A stretch of 44,094 nucleotides of DNA from the NCBI RefSeq assembly GCF_001194135.2, contig NC_068991.1, forward strand, positions 30,615,422-30,659,515. Reading direction: 5' to 3'. Both the position numbers and the translations under genes were made by a program. The notes beneath the pieces are model-generated. The model ran no database searches. It was not told the origin of the DNA and worked only from the letters and a program-made list of their open reading frames with translations. This document shows, one piece after another, positions 37,661 to 44,094 of this stretch; position 1 is the first letter of the stretch; every line of letters begins with the position of its first letter. The stretch is from Octopus bimaculoides. Its lineage: Eukaryota.

Positions 37661-38000
37661 CTGCTACAATAATTCTGCCACCATTTGGAGACATCATTTT
37701 GAATGGAGTTAATGGATTATATCAAAACCACTATTTTGTTTGGAATTTATGATATTGTCTCAGAATGACAAAGTCAATATCTTTGGAATTTGAACTCAGA
37801 ACATACAGGGACGTAACCAAATATCGCTACCGACACTCAACCAACATACATGAACCTGTATGTTTGTGTGTATGTGAGCGCGCGCTAGGAATCATACCAA
37901 AGGCCGTACATTGTAACTTATTTTATTTTAATTTCTTTATTTGTTTATGCTTTTATCTTTATATATGTATATATTTTTGCCAAGTGGCTTCTATTTACAG

Positions 38001-38394
38001 CAATGGTTCTCAATCAGGGTCCATGTGATCCCAAGGGATCCATATAAGAATATAAGATTTTTGAGGTTCCTTGTAAGCCAAATAGTAAATTGGATCCACA
38101 GTAGTATTTCAAGGGTAACTGAAAAAGTTTTGCATTTGATGTAGTTATTGCCAGAAACAACGAAGGTTCTTTCTCTAATGTTATACGTAGTTTAACTTGT
38201 TTCCAGCCACTGAAACATGTCTCAGAGAGAATTATTGCAAAGCTACACAAGTTTATGCATGGAAAACAAAATAGAGAATTTTAGAAGTATCTATAAAACA
38301 AGATTTTAAATCTCAAATGGCTACCAGCACGTCCACCAGAATAAAATAGTAATCAACAGGGTCTCTAGGGAAAAAGAATAGTTGAGAACCACTG
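38001..38394. mobile_element. Non-autonomous hAT-superfamily DNA transposon (MITE), 394 bp
   Basis: TIRs CAATGGTTCTCAA / TTGAGAACCACTG (CAGTGGTTCTCAA type) and a perfect 8-bp TSD ATTTACAG at 37993-38000 and 38395-38402. Confidence 0.92.
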
Positions 38395-39030
38395 ATTTAC
38401 AGCCTAGTAGACTGAGTTGTCGAGAATCGGGTGGAGACAACACAATGCCGGTGGCTGAATATAGACCCCGTTTCTAACTCAACCACACCACACCTATTCT
38501 ATTACGGTTATCTTACTGGTATTGGGGTTGCTCTTGTCGTTAGTGTCACAACCTCGGGTAAAGCCTGATCAACCAAAACTACGATGAACAAAAAAACTAT
38601 TCCTGATATTTTCTTTGGGTATTTTTGTTTTTACCTTGTTTTCCAAGCAAACCATTACTGGAAGCGGTTCAATTGGACATTGTGCGGGTGCGGCAGGTCA
38701 AGGTGACTGTTGTTCCACTTAAATTGTTGTTGTTGTTGTTGTCATGATATTGTTGTTGCAGTTGCTGCTGTTACTTTTGTTGTTCTCACTGTCATTGTGC
38801 ATTCTGTTGTTGTTGTTGTTGTTGTTTCTGCTGTTTTTGATGCTACTGCTGTTGTCCGTCTTTGATCTTAAATATACGATGCCTGGATCTTCATATCAGC
38901 TTCTGAGCAATGACATACGCTATCACTAATGGTTCTACTCCGCACATACACGCAAAGATATATATTCACACGTATACTGACACATACATACATACATACA
39001 TACATACATACATACATACATACATGCACA

Positions 39031-39074
<44 letters not shown>

Positions 39075-39333
39075 ACACATGCACATACACACTGTGACTG
39101 TCTGTCAAAGCTGTCACGGATTCTGATGACAAACGACAATTCTCTTCTAAGCACAGTCCACATTCATAACATCGGTTTACAGCTCGAACATCATCATCAG
39201 CAGCACCACCAGCGCTACCATCACCACAACCACCATAATCATAACCATCATCATCAACAACAAAGAGAATTAGTAACATACAAGTAACAGTAATTCTATA
39301 TACTCCAGTTTTGCTGTGGTCCAGAAAACCTAC

Positions 39334-39458
39334 GATATATTGTGTCCTTCCATTTTTGAAGATGGAATTATGTGATTTGGGGGGTATTTAATGTTATATT
39401 TAGCAGGCGGTGAGGCAACATAGTGAAATACACTTAAGTAAGCACAGGGTGATTTAAC
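39334..39458 (-). CDS. Weak candidate exon (125 nt, phase 0-2), VKSPCAYLSVFHYVASPPAKYNIKYPPNHIIPSSKMEGHNI
   Basis: Acceptor ttgtctacgtttgtgctcgcag|G, donor ATC|gtaggt, one frame open. No recognisable domain. Confidence 0.25.
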
Positions 39459-39582
39459 CTGCGAGCACAAACGTAGACAAGCACAAACTATCATGTACAT
39501 ACGACTTATGCACGCAAACATACATACGAGCATGCATACACACACACATATATGTATGCATAAATACACACGCACGTATGTA

Positions 39583-39639
<57 letters not shown>

Positions 39640-39782
39640 TTACATTACAAAAATTATATATTTTTAAAAGCTTCGAGATATACAAAAAAAATTATTTTAA
39701 TGGTGGAAATTGAAGTAGATACAGCTATAAGTAGTAGCGTGAAGAATTTTTGGTTTAGAGTGTATATATATATATTCTATTA

Positions 39783-40123
39783 TGTGTTTCAATCATTTGA
39801 TTGGTGCCATGCTGGAGCACCACCTTTAGTCGAACAAATCGATCCCATGACTTATTCTTTGTAACCCTAGTTCTTATTCTATCGATCCCTTTTTGCCGAA
39901 ACGCTAAGTTACAGGGACATAAACGCACTAGCATCGGTTGTCAAGCGATGTTGTGGGGGGGGGGGGCAAACACAAACAAACAAATACATACATACATACA
40001 TATATACACACACACGACGGGCTTCTTTCAGTTTCTGTCTACCAAATCCACTCACAAGTTTTTAGTCGGCACGAGACTATAGTAGAAGACACTTGTCCAA
40101 GGTACCACACAGTCACTCTTGCG

Positions 40124-40126
<3 letters not shown>
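39783..40126 (-). mobile_element. SINE family B, near full length
   Basis: The reverse complement shows the CCTTGGACAAGTGTCTTCTACTATAG core, GTGGATTTGGTAGACAGAAACTGAAAGAAGCCCGTCG, an internal SSR and the 3' tail. Confidence 0.88.
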
Positions 40127-40161
<35 letters not shown>

Positions 40162-40293
40162 CAAGAATAAGGGCAGGGAATCGTCAATTAATAACAGAAT
40201 TAATAATTAACAATTTTGCCAAGTAGTTCAGTATGAAAAAACCTTTATCGGTAAAACCATTTATCATCTTACATGTCTTTTATATTTTTTACC

Positions 40294-40534
40294 TTTTTCT
40301 TTTACTTGCTTCAGTTACTGGACTGCAGCCAAGTTAGGGTACCGCTTTCAAGAGTTTAATCGAAGAAATCGACCCCACAACTTATTGTTTTTTTTTTTAT
40401 TCTGCAAACCAAGTATGTATTCCCTCACTTTGCCGAACTGCTAAGTTACTGGGACATCAGTTACACAACAGCGGTTGTCAAGTGGTGGTGGTAAACAAAC
40501 ACAAACGCAAAGACATAAAATATACATACATACA

Positions 40535-40565
<31 letters not shown>

Positions 40566-40763
40566 GTATTTATGCATGTATTTATGCATGTACGTATGTA
40601 TATATATACGACGGGTTTTTTCAGTTTCCTTCTAAAAAAATCCATCACAAGGCTTTTGTCGGCCCGGGGCTAACATAATAGAAGATACTTGCCCAAGCTG
40701 CCATGCAGAGGGACTGAACTAGGAATCGTGTGGTTGGGATCAAAGCTTCTTACGACATATCCA
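40294..40763 (-). mobile_element. SINE family B, full length with an expanded internal (TACA)n
   Basis: Same modules as 39783-40126 in reverse complement, including the head GTAAGAAGCTTTGATCCCAACCAC and the B-box-like AGTTCAGTCC. Confidence 0.85.
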
Positions 40764-40774
40764 TATGTGTGTCT

Positions 40775-40808
<34 letters not shown>

Positions 40809-41356
40809 GATGCACACACACACACATTCCCATTCATCCATGAGCGTGTGTTTGTAACACAGACTCGGATTTGACAACGAAGGTTAGGTAACTAATAATG
40901 TTACAATGAGCTCGAGGCCTACTCTAATCGACTTACATTTATCTCCTATCTCATTATATACCAGTAACATCTGAGGTATCGCTTAAATTGACTGTGAAAT
41001 ATCCAAAGAAATTATAACATTATATGCATTCATTACAATCACACACTTGATTCTAATACATGTACAGAGCATATAAACCTGAGGAGAGAGGTTTAGTCGG
41101 TTATGTCAACTTTATTACTAGACTGGTGGTTTCTTTTTTCTGTATCGACTACATGGGGTTTGAACTCGGAATGTACAGAGTTGGAAAATATGCAACGAGA
41201 TTTTTTTTTCTTTTTTGTTTATTTTCGGCACTCTCACAGTTACACATGCAAAGCATTCTGCGTGGTTTTTAATACACAGCCATTAATCTCATACTATACA
41301 ATAAGATAAAACAGTTTTTTACATCTATACACATACATATGCACACGTATACTACA

Positions 41357-41475
<119 letters not shown>

Positions 41476-41673
41476 TGCTTAGCAAGCAAAAGTTTATTCT
41501 TTTATGTTTGCGTCTATTAAACACTAATCTAATGCTTAATTTCAATAATCGTAATGAGTTTTTGATAGAATCCATCTGGGCTCAACTTGTATAAATTGTT
41601 TAAGAGAGGTGCATGTTGTGTGTAGCGTGGGCTCTAGTCTATCATCACTACATGTGATATACATATATATATG

Positions 41674-41732
<59 letters not shown>

Positions 41733-42147
41733 ATATATCATATCCTGTTCCTTTATGTGTCGAAACCATAACGATTACCAATAGAGCAGTTGATGATGGG
41801 ATGTCTATGTCACTTCCGTTTATAATTGTAGTTACTATGATGATTATGAACGAGTTTGTATGATATCCCCTTGGTGGTTCGGTCTTGTGTGTGCCCGTCA
41901 TTGTAATAATTGTTACAACTTGTGAGGTCTTAGTGATTTAGGGGTTTCATCTTATTGTTTGCTACGGGACTAGATTTCTTGTCTCTCCTGCAGCTTCATA
42001 TTAAGGCTCAATATGATGTTATAGATGACAGTTTTTAATTGATTATTAATAATTAAATATAAGGATATATCAGGAAATTTGCGGCATTAAAATTGTAGGG
42101 TTCGATGTTCTCGTTATGGCAGACTTATGATGTATGCGTGTGTGTGC

Positions 42148-42203
<56 letters not shown>

Positions 42204-42219
42204 NNNNNNNNNNGTGTGC

Positions 42220-42295
<76 letters not shown>

Positions 42296-42504
42296 CATAC
42301 ATAGACAGATACATGTGTGTGTGTTTGTGTGTGTGTGTGTATGTGTGTGTGTGTGTGTGTATGTATATCTACAAACATGCATACATGTACATATGATTAT
42401 ACACACATGTATGTATATATGTACCTACACACGCGCACACACACACACATGTGCAAACACAATACACATATGTATATACATATATATTTAATCACATGTA
42501 GCAT

Positions 42505-42543
<39 letters not shown>

Positions 42544-42685
42544 AGAGAAGGTGTTGTATATGACATGTACATTCACATGTGCACGCACACACTAACACAC
42601 ACGTAGAAAATTCAAGTCCATACATACATACGCACGCATACATACATATATACATGCATGCATACATACGTACATACATACATAC

Positions 42686-42756
42686 ATATTTCTGTTGCAT
42701 GAGAGGCCTGCGCAAATGCACCCCCATCCTTGTGTGTATGTGTAGAAACAGCTTTT
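42686..42756 (-). CDS. Candidate coding exon (71 nt), peptide (R)KAVSTHTHKDGGAFAQASHATEI
   Basis: Strong acceptor gcttttcacttcttatgcag|A. Donor TAT|gtatgt at the edge of a (GTAT)n run. The phase-2 entry matches the exon at 43552-43683 (795-nt intron). All three frames are open, so the frame is inferred only from phase. Confidence 0.4.
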
Positions 42757-43210
42757 CTGCATAAGAAGTGAAAAGCATTTCGCTATAATCAAATTCATGA
42801 GCATATCATGCTGCGGGTGTGGTGGAGTATTGAAGGCCTCCCCCCGCCCGCCACATACACGGATAGACACATCTACACGCACACTAACACACACACGGAT
42901 AGACACATATACACATAAAAGCACACACACACACACAAACACACACACACATACGTACACACATGCAGACGGATAGACGCATTCTAGGACACGCGCATAA
43001 ATATAGACATACATACGCGCGTGCACACACATATATACACACACACACATACATGGCAACAGACAGACACAGACGCATAAATATACTCATACACACATAT
43101 TGCACACTTCAGTCAGATTTATCTAACGCATCAAATGAAATTCTCCAGAATTCCACTGACGGGTTTTCGGTTCACTTTAGACTACAGTAAAGATAAAGAA
43201 ATATATAACA

Positions 43211-43277
43211 GAAAGCAGAAACGAACCCAAGACCCGAAGTTTGGAAAATAAACTACTTAACTATTCCGCCACGCCTA
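43211..43277 (-). mobile_element. Isolated tRNA-like SINE head fragment
   Basis: Reverse complement AGGCGTGGCGGAATAGTTAAG (A box) ... TTGGGTTCGTTTC (B-box-like). Too degenerate for a tRNA cloverleaf. Confidence 0.5.
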
Positions 43278-43467
43278 CTGCAGCAGATGTACGAATACAA
43301 ACCGAAAAACGTATAGACACAACGTTATATATATAACATATTCACAGACATACACGCACATACACACAAACACGTACACTATATAATATCTTTATAGAGA
43401 TTTATACATAGCTATGTATGCGCGTTTGTGTGTGCCTAGGATTTAGTTAGTACGGAAGCTCTGTGTC

Positions 43468-43516
<49 letters not shown>

Positions 43517-43551
43517 CTAAGTAAGTGTAGGCGACGTTAAGGAAGAAATAC

Positions 43552-43683
43552 CTGATCCTAAAAGTTGTGGGAGACGATTTATTGGAAGCTGAATCTCCAG
43601 AAATGGATACTCCGAGTCGGTGCTGTTTTAAAACTTGGGAATCACTGGCGTCTCGAGGACCCAGTCCTAATCCATGTGTAGTG
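43552..43683 (-). CDS. Candidate internal coding exon (132 nt, phase 2-2) of an unidentified minus-strand gene; peptide xTTHGLGLGPRDASDSQVLKQHRLGVSISGDSASNKSSPTTFRI(R/S)
   Basis: On the minus strand: acceptor tatttatttattgacag|C, donor ATCAG|gtattt, length divisible by 3, one open frame, unique CpG-containing sequence between microsatellites. The overlapping + ORF 43567-43875 is the wobble-aligned shadow frame (Cys/Trp-rich where this frame has His/Gln). Confidence 0.6.
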
Positions 43684-44094
43684 CTGTCAATAAATAAATA
43701 CTATAGGCCTCAGTGTATTGCATTACTTTGGCTGAATGCCTTTAAGACGGCTCTACGCCGAGTATCTCATTACAGACTTTACTACGACTATATAAACATG
43801 TGTGTAAATATTTGTGAAGATTCGCCGACCAAAACTATTGAGCATTGTATATTAAAGAAACTCACTTCTATTTAAAACACACACACACGCACACACATGC
43901 AAACACACGCAAACACACACGCAAACGCACACACAAACACACACACAAACACACACACAAACACACACACACACACAATTATGCATGTATGCATTTATAT
44001 ATTTATGAATGTACATTTTCACGCGCGCACACACACATACATATGAATATACACATGTGTGTGTGCGTGTGTGTGCGTATGTGTGTACAGAGTG

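Noticed and set aside
38630-38900. Asn/Gln/Thr-rich minus-strand segment with donor AAG|gtaaaa
   Set aside because: No frame stays open between an acceptor and the donor, and the segment is largely (AAC)n-derived.
40937-40991. Minus-strand acceptor/donor pair (atttcacag|...AAT|gtaagt)
   Set aside because: Stops occur in all three frames, so it is not an internal coding exon. A non-coding exon cannot be supported from sequence alone.
42146-42260. Direct repeat GTGTGCATT(AT)n on both sides of a 10-N gap (similar situation at 27260-27370)
   Set aside because: Typical scaffolding artefact, with overlapping contig ends joined by a nominal gap.
42686-43683. PDZ-like look of RLGVSISG...FRIRKAV...KDGGAFAQ...EI
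   Set aside because: It lacks the GxLxxGD segment and the spacing is wrong; treated as coincidence.
43567-43875. Plus ORF GDDLLEAESPEMDTPSRCCFKTW...
   Set aside because: It is the wobble-aligned antisense shadow of the minus-strand exon candidate, with poor plus-strand splice sites and Cys/Trp excess.

Overview
AT-rich eukaryotic genomic DNA from a gapped short-read scaffold. N-gaps lie at 2022-2504, 4168-4798, 5748-5757, 13461-13945, 25212-25456, 27319-27328, 27943-28500, 31192-31736 and 42204-42213. The extreme di/tri/tetranucleotide microsatellite load and the three tRNA-derived SINE families look like Octopus (inference from repeat content). Almost all ORFs in the supplied track are microsatellite or N-gap artefacts. 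What can be supported: about 20 SINE copies or fragments; decayed LINE 3' ends (three Tx1/L1-clade, one CR1-like, two R4/Dong-type RLE); an internally rearranged fold-back mariner; a hAT MITE with a perfect 8-bp TSD; a ~240-bp palindrome; and a (TA)n-embedded element with subterminal motifs. Several unique-sequence segments carry good splice signals and suggest a large, long-intron gene on the minus strand (best candidates 43552-43683, 42686-42756, 24980-25018 and the CpG-rich Gly-rich segment 15224-15655). I cannot name this gene. No prokaryote-type system (operon, CRISPR array, rRNA or tRNA gene) is visible, and I found no clear evidence of a novel biological system. The best leads are the unnamed gene, its (GTAT)n splice-donor ladder, the two-strand exon ambiguity at 15.2-15.7 kb and the fold-back transposon derivatives.
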